A DNA stretch of 64,000 nucleotides. It comes from Anaeromyxobacter sp. (lineage in GTDB: Bacteria > Myxococcota > Myxococcia > Myxococcales > Anaeromyxobacteraceae). Positions 52,579 to 63,293 of the stretch are shown in pieces. A program made the position numbers and the translations under genes. The notes below the pieces were generated by a model. It was not told where the DNA came from. It searched no databases and saw only the letters and a program-made list of their open reading frames with translations. Location: NCBI GenBank assembly GCA_049840735.1, contig JASGJN010000021.1, positions 160,001 to 224,000 on the forward strand, read 5' to 3'. Every line of letters begins with the position of its first letter. The first letter of the stretch is position 1.

Positions 52579-53678
52579 TCCTGGCCATCGATGGGGTCGG
52601 GGCGAAGCACGGCGGCGCCGCCACGGTGCTGCTCGAGGTCCTGGGCGCCGCCCTTCGTCACGGGGCGGCGGACGTGCTGCTGTTCTGCTCTCCTGCCGGA
52701 CTCCGCCGCTTCGCGCTCCCGACCGACCCTCGGCTCCACGTGCGAGAGGTCTCGCTCGGCGAGCGCGGGCCAGGAGGCCGGATCCTGTGGCACCGCCGCG
52801 GTGTAGCGGCGGCGCTGCGCCGACACCCGGCCGACGCAGTCGTCTTCCTGTCGGGTGGCGGGGTGGCACCCCGGGGCCTGCGAGCGGTGACCTTCATCCA
52901 GCAGTCGCTGCCGTTCTGTCCCGAGGCCCTGGCGCGGTTGGGATGGGCTGGGCGCCTGCGGTTCCGGGCCATCCGACAGGAAATGGCGGCGTCGGTCCGT
53001 CACGCAGCGGAGGTCGTGGTTCAGACGCCCACGATGCAGGCTTGGGTCGAGAGCGCGTTCCAGCTCGCGCCGGGGAAGGTGCGAGTGCTGCCGCCTGGCC
53101 CTCCCGGACTCCTGCCCACCGCGAGCCCATCGGCCGTCGCAGCCGCAATGGCGCGGGTGCCACCGGACAGGCGCCTCCTCTACGTCGGGAACGACTCCCC
53201 CTACAAGAACCTGGAGGTGCTCGTTCGGGCCCTGCGTCGGATACGCGAGCAGTGGCCCGAGACGACGCTCTTCGCGACGGTCGGCGGCGATCACCCGATG
53301 ACCCGGGAACCGGGGGTGATTGGACTCTCCTACCTCCAGGGAGGTGAACTGCGCGCCGCCTACGAAGGGGCCACGGCGCTGGTGCTCCCTTCGCTCGTCG
53401 AGACGGTCGGACTCCCCTTGCTGGAAGCGTCCGGCTGCGGCACGCCGGTCGTGGTCGCGGATCGCCCGTACGCGCACGACGTGTGTTCGGATGCCGCGGC
53501 CTACTTCGATCCCCTCGATCCGGATGCGCTGGTGAAGGCTCTGCTGCGCGTCCTGGGGGACCCGAACCTCAGGCGGCGCCTTGGTGGGTGCGGTCGCGAG
53601 CTCGCGCAGGCGCGAAGCGGCGGGCGACCTTACGACCGGCTGGTAGAGCTGGCGCTCGTCCCGCCCGCGCAGACTTGA
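52575..53678 (+). CDS. Glycosyltransferase family 4
   Basis: YKNL, PSLVETVGLPLLEA, YFDP. Confidence 0.9.
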   Translation: MILAIDGVGAKHGGAATVLLEVLGAALRHGAADVLLFCSPAGLRRFALPTDPRLHVREVSLGERGPGGRILWHRRGVAAALRRHPADAVVFLSGGGVAPRGLRAVTFIQQSLPFCPEALARLGWAGRLRFRAIRQEMAASVRHAAEVVVQTPTMQAWVESAFQLAPGKVRVLPPGPPGLLPTASPSAVAAAMARVPPDRRLLYVGNDSPYKNLEVLVRALRRIREQWPETTLFATVGGDHPMTREPGVIGLSYLQGGELRAAYEGATALVLPSLVETVGLPLLEASGCGTPVVVADRPYAHDVCSDAAAYFDPLDPDALVKALLRVLGDPNLRRRLGGCGRELAQARSGGRPYDRLVELALVPPAQT

Positions 53679-53723
53679 GCTGGCTACCTACCCCGCTTCG
53701 GGGTCCTGTGCTAGGGAACCCAC

Positions 53724-54494
53724 GTGCCCGTGCCGGTCCGATTCAAGGTGGCGATGGCAGGCTTGCTCTGTCGTCCTGGAGTGGGCGCGCTCATCGCGCG
53801 CCTCTTCTCGGATCGGATCCCGGTTGGCGGGCTGAGGTTGGACACGCACTCGCCGGAGATCACCCCAGGCACGAAGGCCCAGCTGTTCTGGCGATTGTAT
53901 GAGCGGGCAGAGCTGCGAATGGTCGCCCGCTACTTCCCCCGGGACCTTGACGTCGTGGAGCTGGGCGCGAGCATCGGGATGATCTCCATCCACCTCGCGC
54001 GGCGGCTGGGTGCGGGCCGGCGCATGGTCTCCGTGGAGGCCAATCCAGCGCTGACCCGCCTGGTCGAGGCCAATGTCCGCGAGCATGCACCTCACGCACG
54101 GCTCGAGGTGGTCGGCGCGGCCATCGACTACCCGAGCGACGGGCGCCGAGAAGCGAGGTTCCACGTCGCGACCAGGAACGTCGACTCCCGGCTGTCCACG
54201 GCGCCTGGGGCCCGCACCGTCCCGGTTCCCACCATCACGCTCAGCGGGCTGCTCGATCGGCACGGGCTCGAGCGCTTCGCGCTCGTCTCCGACATCGAGG
54301 GTGCCGAGGCGGCCATCCTGTTCGAAGACCCTGCCGCACTGGGCGGCTGCGAGTGGTTGCTCATCGAGCTTCACCAGACGATGCATCGGGGGCGCAGCGT
54401 GTCCGTGGACGACATGGTGACGCGGCTTGGTGAGCTCGGCTTCGCCCTGGTCGCACGCCGCGGTCCCGTTGTGGTCGCTCAGCGCCGAAAGTGA
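53724..54494 (+). CDS. FkbM family methyltransferase
   Basis: VELGASIG, VEANP, SDIEGAE, LIELH. Confidence 0.88.
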   Translation: MPVPVRFKVAMAGLLCRPGVGALIARLFSDRIPVGGLRLDTHSPEITPGTKAQLFWRLYERAELRMVARYFPRDLDVVELGASIGMISIHLARRLGAGRRMVSVEANPALTRLVEANVREHAPHARLEVVGAAIDYPSDGRREARFHVATRNVDSRLSTAPGARTVPVPTITLSGLLDRHGLERFALVSDIEGAEAAILFEDPAALGGCEWLLIELHQTMHRGRSVSVDDMVTRLGELGFALVARRGPVVVAQRRK

Positions 54495-54504
54495 GGGAGC
54501 TCCG

Positions 54505-56655
54505 GTGAACCAGGTCGTCCAGGAAGTCCGCTCCGGCATCACCTCCGTCCGAGAGATCCCGGCGCCGATCGCCCCGCCCGGCCACGTCGTGGTCGCGAAC
54601 GCCAGGTCCCTGATCTCCGCCGGCACGGAGCGCTACGTCGTCGAGCTGGCCCGCAAGAGCCTCATCGGCAAGGCGCGGCAGCGTCCTGACCAGGTCCGGC
54701 GCGTCCTCCAGAAGATCCGCGACGAGGGCCTGCTCACCACGATGCAGCAGGTCCGCGCCAAGCTCGACGAGCCCATGCCGCTGGGCTACTCCACCGCCGG
54801 GGTCGTGCTCGAGTGCGGCAGGGGCGTCTCGGAGCTGAAGCCAGGAACCGGGTGGCCACCGCCGGCCCGCACGCAGGCGTGATCGCCATTGGCAGGAACC
54901 TGTGCGCCTCCATCCCCGCGAACGTCACCTTCGAGCAGGCGGCGTTCACGTCGGTCGCGACGATCGGGATGGAGGGCGTGCGCCTGGCCAGGGTCACGCT
55001 CGGCGAGCGCGTCCTGGTCATCGGCCTCGGGCTCATCGGCCAGATCTGCGTGGCGCTCCTCAAGGCCAACGGGTGCCGGGTCTTCGGCATCGACGTCGAC
55101 CCGGCCAAGCTCGAGCTGGCGCGCGCGTTCGGTGCGGATGAGGTCGCGATCGGCTCCCCCGCCGACGCCATCAAGCGGTTCGGGGGCGGGGTGGGCGTCG
55201 ACGCGGTGGTGATCACCGCCGCGACCGCCAGCAACGGCCCCGTCGAGCTCGCGGCCGAGGTCTGCCGGCCCCGCGGGCGCATCGTGCTGGTCGGCGTGGT
55301 CGGCCTGAACCTCCCGCGGCCCCCCTTCTTCCAGAAGGAGCTGGAGTTCACTGTCTCGGGGTCGCTGGGCCCGGGCCGGTGGGACGCAACCTACGAGGAG
55401 AAGGGCATCGACTACCCGCTGGGCCAGGTCCGCTGGACCGCGCAGCGGAACATGCAGGCGGTGCTGGACCTCATCTCGTCCGGGAAGCTGCCCGTCGAGA
55501 AGCTCGTCTCGCACCGCTTCCCCATCGAGCGGGCCGCGGAGGCGTACGAATCTCATCACGGCCGGTCAGACCCCGTTCCTGGGGGTGGTGCTCGACTACG
55601 GCGAGCCGGAGCGGACCCCTTCGCGGCGCGTGGACCTCGGGCCGAGGGCGCCGGCGACCGGCGAGGTCGGCGTGAGCTTCATCGGCGCCGGGAACTTCGC
55701 GCGCCTCATCCTCCTCCCGGCGCTGGAGCGGCTGGGCGGCTTCGGCCTGCGCGGGCTCTGCACGGCCAAGGGCCTCTCCGCCGAGCACTCCGGGCGCGGC
55801 AAGGGGTTCGCCTTCGCGACCACCGACGCCCAGGAGAATCTGGTCGGATGCCGGGACGCAGGCCGTGTTCATCGCCACGCGGCACGACCTCCACGCCGAC
55901 CTGGTCATCGCGGCCCTGCGGGCCGGCAAGCAGGTCTTCGTCGAGAAGCCGCTCTGCATCCGGCCGGAGGAGCTGGCCGAGATCGGCCGGACCGTGACCG
56001 AGCTGGGCGAGCAGTGCCCGCTCCTGATGGTCGGCTTCAACCGGCGCTTCGCCCCGGCGACCGCCGCACTGCGCGGCCACTTCGCCGACGCGGGGCCGCT
56101 CAGCGTCTCCTACCGGTTCGCGCCCGGAGCCATCCCGCCGGAGCACTGGACGCAGGACGAGGACGTGGGCGGAGGCCGCATCGTCGGCGAGGCCTGCCAC
56201 GCCATCGACACCTGCGTGGCGCTGACGGGCAGCCTGCCCGTGCGCGTGCACGCCGAGTCGGTCGCCAGGGCCGGCGGTCTCGAGACCACCGACGACCGGG
56301 TCTTCATCACGCTGCGCCACGAGAACGGCAGCATCTCGAGCCTCTCCTACCAGGCCGGGGGGATCGGGGCTTCCCCTCCGAGCGGATCGAGGTGTTCGGC
56401 GGCGGCCGGACGGCCGTGCTCGACGCATGGGACCGGCTGGAGCTCTGGCGCGGGGGGCGAGCCGCGCGCTCGAGCGCCGGACGGGACAAGGGGCACCGCT
56501 CAGAGCTGGAGGCCTTCCTCGCGGCCTGCCGGAGCGGAGGGCCGTCTCCGATCCCCTGGGCTCATGTCCACGGGGTGGCTGAGGCCACGCTCGCGGCGGT
56601 CCGCAGCCTGCGCGAAGGCTTGCCCCAGGATTGCGGGGCCGGCTCCTTCGGCTAA
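54505..56655 (+). CDS. Bi-domain oxidoreductase (Zn-ADH-like plus Gfo/Idh/MocA); four apparent frameshifts
   Basis: SLISAGTE, PLGYS, GLGLIG, GPGRWD..YEE.G.DYP, IGAGNFA, IATRH, VFVEKP, VGFNRRF, GGRIVGEACH spread over shifting frames. Confidence 0.88.
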
Positions 56656-56681
56656 CCTCCGTCGCTCGGAGCACCCAGCCC

Positions 56682-59600
56682 GTGTGCGGCATCGCCGGCA
56701 TCTTCCACTACGCTGATCCGGCCCACCCGGTGGACCGCTCGCTGCTCGAGCGGATGACGCGCGCGCTCGCGCATCGCGGCCCGGACGGCGAGGGCTTCCA
56801 CGTGGACGGGCCGCTTGGGCTCGGCCACCGCCGCCTGGCCATCGTGGACCTGACGCCGACGGGCGCCCAGCCGATGGCCAGCCCCGACCGCGCGCGCTGG
56901 ATCACCTACAACGGCGAGTTCTACGACCACGCGGACCACCGCGAAGCCCTCTCGCGGCGGCACGCCTTCCGCGGGCGTTCCGACACCGAGACCATGCTGG
57001 CCCTCCTGAGCGAGCGTGGGCCGGAGGCGCTGGGCGGCATCTCCGCGATCTTCGGCCTGGCGTTCTGGGACGGGTCAGCGCGCACGCTCACGCTCGCGCG
57101 CGACGCGCTGGGCGTGAAGCAGGTCTATTTCCATGACGACGGGTGCCGGCTGATCTTCGCGAGCGAGATCAAGGCGCTCCTGGAAGACCCCAAGGTCGCC
57201 CGGGCGCTCGATCCCGAGGCCGTCAACCAGTTCCTGCACTTTCACACTCCGCTCTTCGAGCGGACCTTCTTCCGCACCATCCGGCAGGTGCAGCCGGGCG
57301 AGTTCCTGCAATGGCGGGTGGGTGCGAGCCCGCGAAGGGCTCGGTTCTGGGAGCTGCGGGGCCCGGAGGATGTCGCAGGGCGGCCGCAGGAGGTGGTCTC
57401 GGCCCTCGGCGAACGCCTCTCCGGCGTCGTCGCCCAGCAATTGATGTCCGACGTCCCCGTCGGCACCTTCTTCAGCGGTGGCATCGACTCCAGCGCCGTC
57501 GCCAGCTACGCGGCGCGCGCCGGCCAGCGTCCGCAGTGCTTCGGGGTCCACTTCGCGGATCAGGGCGTCATCGACGAGCGCCCATACCAGGAGGCGGCGG
57601 CGAAGGCGCTGGGCCTGGAGCTCGAGCTGCTCACGCTGGACGGGACGAGCTTCGCCGAGGACCTCCCCAGGCTGCTGCGGCAGCAGGACCAGCCGGTGAT
57701 CGGCCCCGCGCTGATCCCCATGTTCCACGTGAGCCGGCTCGCCGCGCGCAAGGTGAAGGTGTGCCTCGGCGGCCAGGCGGCCGACGAGCTCTTCGGCGGC
57801 TACGCGCGCTACGGGCTCACCCACCCGCTGCGGACCGTGGCCTCGATGCTCCGGGGTGGCGGGGGCCAGGTGATCGGCTCGGCCGGTCCCCGCGTCGGCG
57901 GGAACCTCCGGCGCCAGCTCCTGGATCCGCGGACCTTCAGGCGAGCGGTGAAGGGCCTCGGGAAGCTCCTCGACTGGCAGGACCTCTACTTCAGCAACTT
58001 CTGCAAGGTCCCCGAGTCCACCTGGGCCTCGCTGTTCGAGGCGGAGGGGATCGTCTCGCGGGAGAGCTGCTGGGAGATCTTCCGCGAGACGGTCCGACGC
58101 TCGCCGCTCCGCGATCCGGCCAGCCGCGTCATGCACTGGGACCTGCAGGCGTACCTGCCCGGCCTGTTCCAGCAGGACGATCGGATGAGCATGGCGAGCG
58201 GGCTGGAGTCGCGCGTGCCCTTCGCCGACCCTCGCCTGGTCGAGTTCGCGTTCAGCGTCCCCTTCGAGCTGAAGGTCCGTGAAGGCGCCTCCAAGTGGCT
58301 GCTCCGCCGCGCGGTCGCGGACGTATTGCCCGAGCTGGTCCTGGGTCGCCGGAAGGTGGGCTTCGACACACCGGTCGAGCAGTGGATGTCGGGCCCGCAC
58401 GCGGGGTTCGTGCGGGAGACGCTCCTGTCGCGCCCGGCCCGGCAGCGCGGCCTCTGGCGACCCGCCGTGCTCGAGCAGTGGCTCTCACAGCCCGGGCGCG
58501 ACCTGTGGCCGGACATCGTCTGGAAGGCGCTCTGCATCGAGCTCTGGGCTCAGCAGCTCCTGGACAGCCCGCGGCGGGGCGAGTCGGCGGCCGTTCCGGA
58601 GGTGCAGGGCACCAGCGCCCAGGCGGCTGCGCCGGCCACGGCCGCGGAGCGCCCCGGATTCACGGCGACGCTGCGCGAGCTGCGCGAGCTCGGACCGGGG
58701 GGACTGGCGTTCCGGCTCAAGTGGGAAGCCAAGCTGCGGTCAGGCCTGCTCGCCCGGGGGGAGGCGCCGCTCACGCCGCTGGCTCCCGCGAACACGCCGG
58801 AGACCGCCGCGCTCACGGGCAGGTTGCCGTTCCAGGCGCAGGCCGTCGCCTCGCTCATGCGGGATCGCATGCCCGCGGCCGACCGCGCCCGCCTGGTCGA
58901 GACGGCGGAGCGGGCCGCGCTGGGCGAGATCCGCGCGTTCGGACGCTGGGACGCGTTCTACGGCCGGCCACCAGACTGGCACCTCAACCCGGTCAACGGC
59001 CGGCGCTGGCCGGCCAATCGCCACTGGTCGAAGGTCCTGCGCGACGAGCGTCGGGTAGGCGACATCAAGCTGTCCTGGGAGATCGGGCGCTTCCCGCACG
59101 CCTACGCCATCGCCCGGGCGGGCACGCACGCCGGGCCACGGCCGGATCTCCAGGCGGCGCTGGCCGACCAGCTCGTCCGCTTCGAGGCGGAGAACCCCTT
59201 CCCGCTCGGCGCCCACTGGGCCTCCGGCCAGGAGATCGCGTTCCGGCTGATGGCCTGGCTCTTCGCGCTGGGCGCGAGCGGGCCGGACGGTGCGGTGGGC
59301 TCGGCGGGCCCGCTGATCGCGCGCGCGCTCCATGGCGGCGCGGCCTTCATCGAGCGCCACCTCGAGTACACGCTGAAGGCCGTCTACAACAACCACCTGC
59401 TGTCGGAGGCGCTGGCCTTGCTCCTCGCCGGCGAGCTGCTCCCCACGGCCCCCGACGCGGAGCGGTGGCGGGACCGTGGCCTCGCCCTGCTGACCGGGCA
59501 GGCCGATCGCCAGTTCTACGAGGACGGCGGCTACATCCAGCAGTCGCACAACTACGAGCGCGTCGCCCTGCAGGACTATCTCTGGGCGACCGCGCTCCTC

Positions 59601-60767
59601 CGCCAGGCTGGCCGGGAAGTCCCCGCGCCCTGGCTCGGGGCGATGGGGCGGGCGGTCGACTTCCTGTTCGCCCAGCAGAACCCGATCGACGGGCGCCTGC
59701 CCAACTACGGCGCCAACGACGGCGCGCTGCCCTCGCCGCTCACCAGCTGCGACTACTCCGACTTCCGTCCGACCCTCCAGGCCGCTTCGCTCGCGAGCCG
59801 CGGCGAGCGGCTCTATGACTCGGGCCCGTGGGACGAGGAGGCGGCGTGGCTGCTGGGGTCCGCGGCGCTCGAGGCGCCGCTCCGGGCGCACCCGCGGCGC
59901 TCCGTGTCCTTCCGGCCCACCGGCTTCCACGTCCTGAGGGGCGACGACCCGAGCACGTTCGCGGCCTTCCGCTGCGGCACGGTCCGTGACCGCTTCTCGC
60001 AGATCGACATGCTCAGCCTCGACGTCTGGTGGCGCGGCCAGAACGTGATCGTGGACCCGGGTTCGTACCACTACAACGGCGCGGACCGCTGGCACGAGCA
60101 CTTCATGTGCACGCCTTCGCACAGCACCGTCGTGGTGGACGGCCGCGATCAGATGCTGCACTACCGCCGCTTCAAGAACCTCTACTGGACCGAGGCGGAG
60201 CTGCTGGGGTTCGACGACCAGCCTGCGTTCACGCTCGCCGAGGGCCGGCACTTCGGCTATCGGCGGCATCCAGGCCAGATCGTCCACGGCCGCTCGGTGC
60301 TGCACGTGAAGGACGGCCTCTGGATCGTCGCCGACCGCCTGACCGGCGCGGGCGAGCACCACGCCCGGCTCCACTGGCTGGGCGGCGAGCACGAGTGGGC
60401 GTACGACCATCAGGCCGCCTGCTTGACGCTCACCACGCCCGCAGGTCCGTTCTACATCTCGATCTTCGATGCGGAGGGCCTGCCGCTCGCCGGCTCGGTC
60501 GTCGCCGGCCAGTCGGATCCCCCGAGGGGCTGGCTCTCGCGTTACTACGGGGAAAAGCGCCCGGTGCCCTCCCTGGCCATCGAGCGCCACGCCGTGGTAC
60601 CCATCGTGGCCGTGTCGCTCCTCTCCGCCGGGCGCCCTCGGGTCGAGGTCGCGGGCGAGCGCTGGACCGCGAAGCTGGAAGACCTCGAGGTCCAGTTCAC
60701 GCTGGCTGACGGAAGGTTCAAGGACGTGCGCATCTCGCGCGCGGGCGCACGGCCAGGGCAGGCGTGA
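56682..60767 (+). CDS. asnB: Asparagine synthase-type amidotransferase (AsnB) fused to a heparinase II/III-like domain
   Basis: CGIAG, HRGPD, GHRRLAI, YNGE, SGGIDSS, DELFGGY, DRMSMASGLESRVPF; then DIKLSWE.GRF, NNHLLSE, DGGYIQQS..Y, VDPGSY.Y, H.TV.VDG. Confidence 0.9.
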   Translation: MCGIAGIFHYADPAHPVDRSLLERMTRALAHRGPDGEGFHVDGPLGLGHRRLAIVDLTPTGAQPMASPDRARWITYNGEFYDHADHREALSRRHAFRGRSDTETMLALLSERGPEALGGISAIFGLAFWDGSARTLTLARDALGVKQVYFHDDGCRLIFASEIKALLEDPKVARALDPEAVNQFLHFHTPLFERTFFRTIRQVQPGEFLQWRVGASPRRARFWELRGPEDVAGRPQEVVSALGERLSGVVAQQLMSDVPVGTFFSGGIDSSAVASYAARAGQRPQCFGVHFADQGVIDERPYQEAAAKALGLELELLTLDGTSFAEDLPRLLRQQDQPVIGPALIPMFHVSRLAARKVKVCLGGQAADELFGGYARYGLTHPLRTVASMLRGGGGQVIGSAGPRVGGNLRRQLLDPRTFRRAVKGLGKLLDWQDLYFSNFCKVPESTWASLFEAEGIVSRESCWEIFRETVRRSPLRDPASRVMHWDLQAYLPGLFQQDDRMSMASGLESRVPFADPRLVEFAFSVPFELKVREGASKWLLRRAVADVLPELVLGRRKVGFDTPVEQWMSGPHAGFVRETLLSRPARQRGLWRPAVLEQWLSQPGRDLWPDIVWKALCIELWAQQLLDSPRRGESAAVPEVQGTSAQAAAPATAAERPGFTATLRELRELGPGGLAFRLKWEAKLRSGLLARGEAPLTPLAPANTPETAALTGRLPFQAQAVASLMRDRMPAADRARLVETAERAALGEIRAFGRWDAFYGRPPDWHLNPVNGRRWPANRHWSKVLRDERRVGDIKLSWEIGRFPHAYAIARAGTHAGPRPDLQAALADQLVRFEAENPFPLGAHWASGQEIAFRLMAWLFALGASGPDGAVGSAGPLIARALHGGAAFIERHLEYTLKAVYNNHLLSEALALLLAGELLPTAPDAERWRDRGLALLTGQADRQFYEDGGYIQQSHNYERVALQDYLWATALLRQAGREVPAPWLGAMGRAVDFLFAQQNPIDGRLPNYGANDGALPSPLTSCDYSDFRPTLQAASLASRGERLYDSGPWDEEAAWLLGSAALEAPLRAHPRRSVSFRPTGFHVLRGDDPSTFAAFRCGTVRDRFSQIDMLSLDVWWRGQNVIVDPGSYHYNGADRWHEHFMCTPSHSTVVVDGRDQMLHYRRFKNLYWTEAELLGFDDQPAFTLAEGRHFGYRRHPGQIVHGRSVLHVKDGLWIVADRLTGAGEHHARLHWLGGEHEWAYDHQAACLTLTTPAGPFYISIFDAEGLPLAGSVVAGQSDPPRGWLSRYYGEKRPVPSLAIERHAVVPIVAVSLLSAGRPRVEVAGERWTAKLEDLEVQFTLADGRFKDVRISRAGARPGQA

Positions 60768-61999
60768 GAATCCTCGTCGTCCACCAGTTCTACCTGCAGC
60801 CTGGAGAGCCTGGCGGCTCCCGCTTCAACGAGCTCGCGCGGATGTGGGCCGGCGCAGGGCACCAGGTCACCGTCATCGCGGGGACCGTCAACTACAACAC
60901 CGGCAAGGCGCCCGCCAGGTACCGCGGCCGCTGGAACACGCGCGAGCAGGACGGCGACGTGACCATCTGGCGGTGTCACGTCCCGGAGAGCTACGGCAAG
61001 AGCTACCTCGGCCGGATGTGGGCGTTCTTCGCGTTCACCCTCTCGGCCGCCACAGCGGCGCTGCGGTGTGCCAAGGCGGACGTGGTGATCGCCACCTCGC
61101 CGCCGCTGGTCGCCGTGATCCCGGGGTGGCTGGCGGCGAAGCGGCACCGCGCCAGGTTCATCTTCGAGATGCGCGACCTCTGGCCGGAGAGCGCCATCAC
61201 CACCGGCGTGCTGCGCCGGGGCTCGCTCCTGGCGCGCCTGCTCTACGGGCTCGAGCGCTGGGGCTGCCGGGTGGCCGACCGGATCAACGTGCTCACGCCC
61301 GCCTTCCGCGAAGACCTGATCCAGCGGAAGCTGGCCACCGCGGATCGCATCGTGTTCGTGCCCAACGGCGCCGACCTCGATCTGTTCCAGCCGGGTCCGG
61401 CCGACGCGGCGCTCCGGGAGGAGCTGGGGTGGAAGGACCGCTTCGTGGTGATGTACGCCGGGGCGCACGGGCGCGCCAACGCGGTGGATCAGCTGGTCCG
61501 GGCCGCGGAGCTGCTCCGGGCGCACCCCGACATCTGCATCGCCTCGGTGGGCGACGGGCCGGAGCGCGCGCGCGCCGAGCGCGCGGCGCAGGAGAAGGGG
61601 CTCACCAACATCATCTTCCACGGCCCGCAGCCCAAGGAGCGGATGCCGGCCCTGGTCCGCGCCTGCGACGCGGGCGCGGCCGTCCTCCAGAACAACCCCA
61701 CCTTCCGGACCGTCTATCCGAACAAGGTCTTCGACTACATGGCCTGCGAGCGGCCCACGCTCCTCGCGATCGACGGCGTCGCCCGCGAGCTGGTCTGCGA
61801 CCAGGCGGGGGCCGGGGTGTTCGCCGAGCCGGAGAATGCGGCCGCCCTCGCCGACGCGATCCTGCGCCTGGCCGGCGACCCTGCGGGGCGCGCGGCCATG
61901 GCCCGCCGCGGTCGCGAGTGGGTGGTGGCCAACGCCGGGCGGGACGCGCTCGCGGTCCGCTACCTCGAGATCATGCAGGGGCTCACCGGACAGGCATGA
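60764..61999 (+). CDS. Glycosyltransferase family 4 (WbuB-like)
   Basis: ATSPP, EMRDLWPE, PNGAD, YAGAHG, PNKVFDYMA. Confidence 0.92.
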   Translation: MRILVVHQFYLQPGEPGGSRFNELARMWAGAGHQVTVIAGTVNYNTGKAPARYRGRWNTREQDGDVTIWRCHVPESYGKSYLGRMWAFFAFTLSAATAALRCAKADVVIATSPPLVAVIPGWLAAKRHRARFIFEMRDLWPESAITTGVLRRGSLLARLLYGLERWGCRVADRINVLTPAFREDLIQRKLATADRIVFVPNGADLDLFQPGPADAALREELGWKDRFVVMYAGAHGRANAVDQLVRAAELLRAHPDICIASVGDGPERARAERAAQEKGLTNIIFHGPQPKERMPALVRACDAGAAVLQNNPTFRTVYPNKVFDYMACERPTLLAIDGVARELVCDQAGAGVFAEPENAAALADAILRLAGDPAGRAAMARRGREWVVANAGRDALAVRYLEIMQGLTGQA

Positions 62000-62649
62000 G
62001 CGCGCCGGGTCGCCAGCGCGGGTGGCCGCTCGTGGGGAAGGTCGCCCTGGACCGGACCGCGGCGTTGCTGGCGCTGCTCCTGACCGCGCCGCTGCTCCTG
62101 GTCACGTGCGCCGCGGTGCGCGTCACCCTGGGCCGGCCGGTGCTCTTCGCGCAGCAGCGGCCCGGGCGAGGCTCCGTTCCGTTCCGCTGTCTCAAGCTGC
62201 GCACCATGCGCGAGGCGGTGGACCGGCACGGGACACCGCTCCCGGACGGCGCGCGCCTCACGCGGCTGGGCCGGTTCCTGCGCGCGACCAGCATCGACGA
62301 GCTGCCGCAGCTCATCAACGTGCTGCGCGGGGAGCTCAGCCTCGTCGGGCCACGGCCGCTGCTGATGCAGTACCTGACGCGCTACAGCAGCGAGCAGGCC
62401 CGGCGCCACGACGTGCTCCCGGGGATCACCGGGTGGGCGCAGGTGAACGGCCGGAACGCGATCTCCTGGAAGGAGAAGTTCGCGCTGGACGTTTGGTACG
62501 TGGACCACTGGACATTGGGGCTCGACCTGAAGATCCTGTGGCTCACCGTCGTACACCTGCTCAGGCGAGACGGGATCTCGCGCGAGGGTCACGCCACGAT
62601 GCCGGAGTTCATGGGCGAAGCCGACGACGCCGACCGGGGGCAGGCATGA
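61996..62649 (+). CDS. Priming phosphoglycosyl transferase (PglC-like)
   Basis: KLRTM, SIDELPQL, SLVGPRPLL, PGITGWAQVNGRN. Confidence 0.95.
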   Translation: MSAPGRQRGWPLVGKVALDRTAALLALLLTAPLLLVTCAAVRVTLGRPVLFAQQRPGRGSVPFRCLKLRTMREAVDRHGTPLPDGARLTRLGRFLRATSIDELPQLINVLRGELSLVGPRPLLMQYLTRYSSEQARRHDVLPGITGWAQVNGRNAISWKEKFALDVWYVDHWTLGLDLKILWLTVVHLLRRDGISREGHATMPEFMGEADDADRGQA

Positions 62650-63293
62650 GCCGTCCGTTCCTGCTGGTGTACGGCTCTGGCGGCCACGGAAAGGTGGTCG
62701 CGGACGTGGCCGAGCTCGCCGGCTTCGAGGTGGTCGGGTTCCTGGACGACGCCGAGGCGAGGCAAGGTACGCAGATATGGGACCTCCCGGTGCTCTCGCT
62801 CGACGCGGCGCTCCGTGAACAATCCCGCTGGCCGGGCGTCTCGGTGGCGCTCGGGGTGGGCGACAACGCCGCCCGCGAGCGGTGCGCCAGCCGCGCCGCC
62901 GAGGCAGGGCTCCCCATCGTCACCCTGGTGCACCCGCGCGCCAACGTCGCGCGGCGCGTCAAGCTCGGCGAGGGCGTGGTGGTCATGTCCGGCGCCAGCA
63001 TCAACCCGGACGCGCGCCTCGGGGCGGGCTGCATCGTCAACACCGGCGCGGTGGTCGAGCACGACTGCTGGCTGGGAGACTTCGTCCACCTGTCACCCAA
63101 CGCCGCGCTCGGCGGCGCGGTGGTGATCGGCGATCGCGCCCACCTCGGGTTGGGAGCCGTCGTCCTGCCCGGCCTGAGGGTCGGCGCGAACAGCCGGGTC
63201 GGCGCCGGCGCGGCCGTGATCCGCAACGTCTCGGAAGGCGCCACGGCGGTGGGAGTCCCCGCCCAGTCCGCGGCCAAGGTGCGCAGCGCGTGA
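62646..63293 (+). CDS. Sugar N-acetyltransferase (PglD/NeuD family)
   Basis: YGSGGHGKV, GFLDD, LVHP, VNTGAVVEHDC, hexapeptide repeats, GVPA. Confidence 0.93.
   Translation: MSRPFLLVYGSGGHGKVVADVAELAGFEVVGFLDDAEARQGTQIWDLPVLSLDAALREQSRWPGVSVALGVGDNAARERCASRAAEAGLPIVTLVHPRANVARRVKLGEGVVVMSGASINPDARLGAGCIVNTGAVVEHDCWLGDFVHLSPNAALGGAVVIGDRAHLGLGAVVLPGLRVGANSRVGAGAAVIRNVSEGATAVGVPAQSAAKVRSA

Noticed and set aside
54505..56655. Pseudogene calls for the oxidoreductase and other frameshifted genes
   Set aside because: No in-frame stops or decay once single-base indels are fixed; indels sit at AGATC sites or homopolymers, so assembly error is more likely
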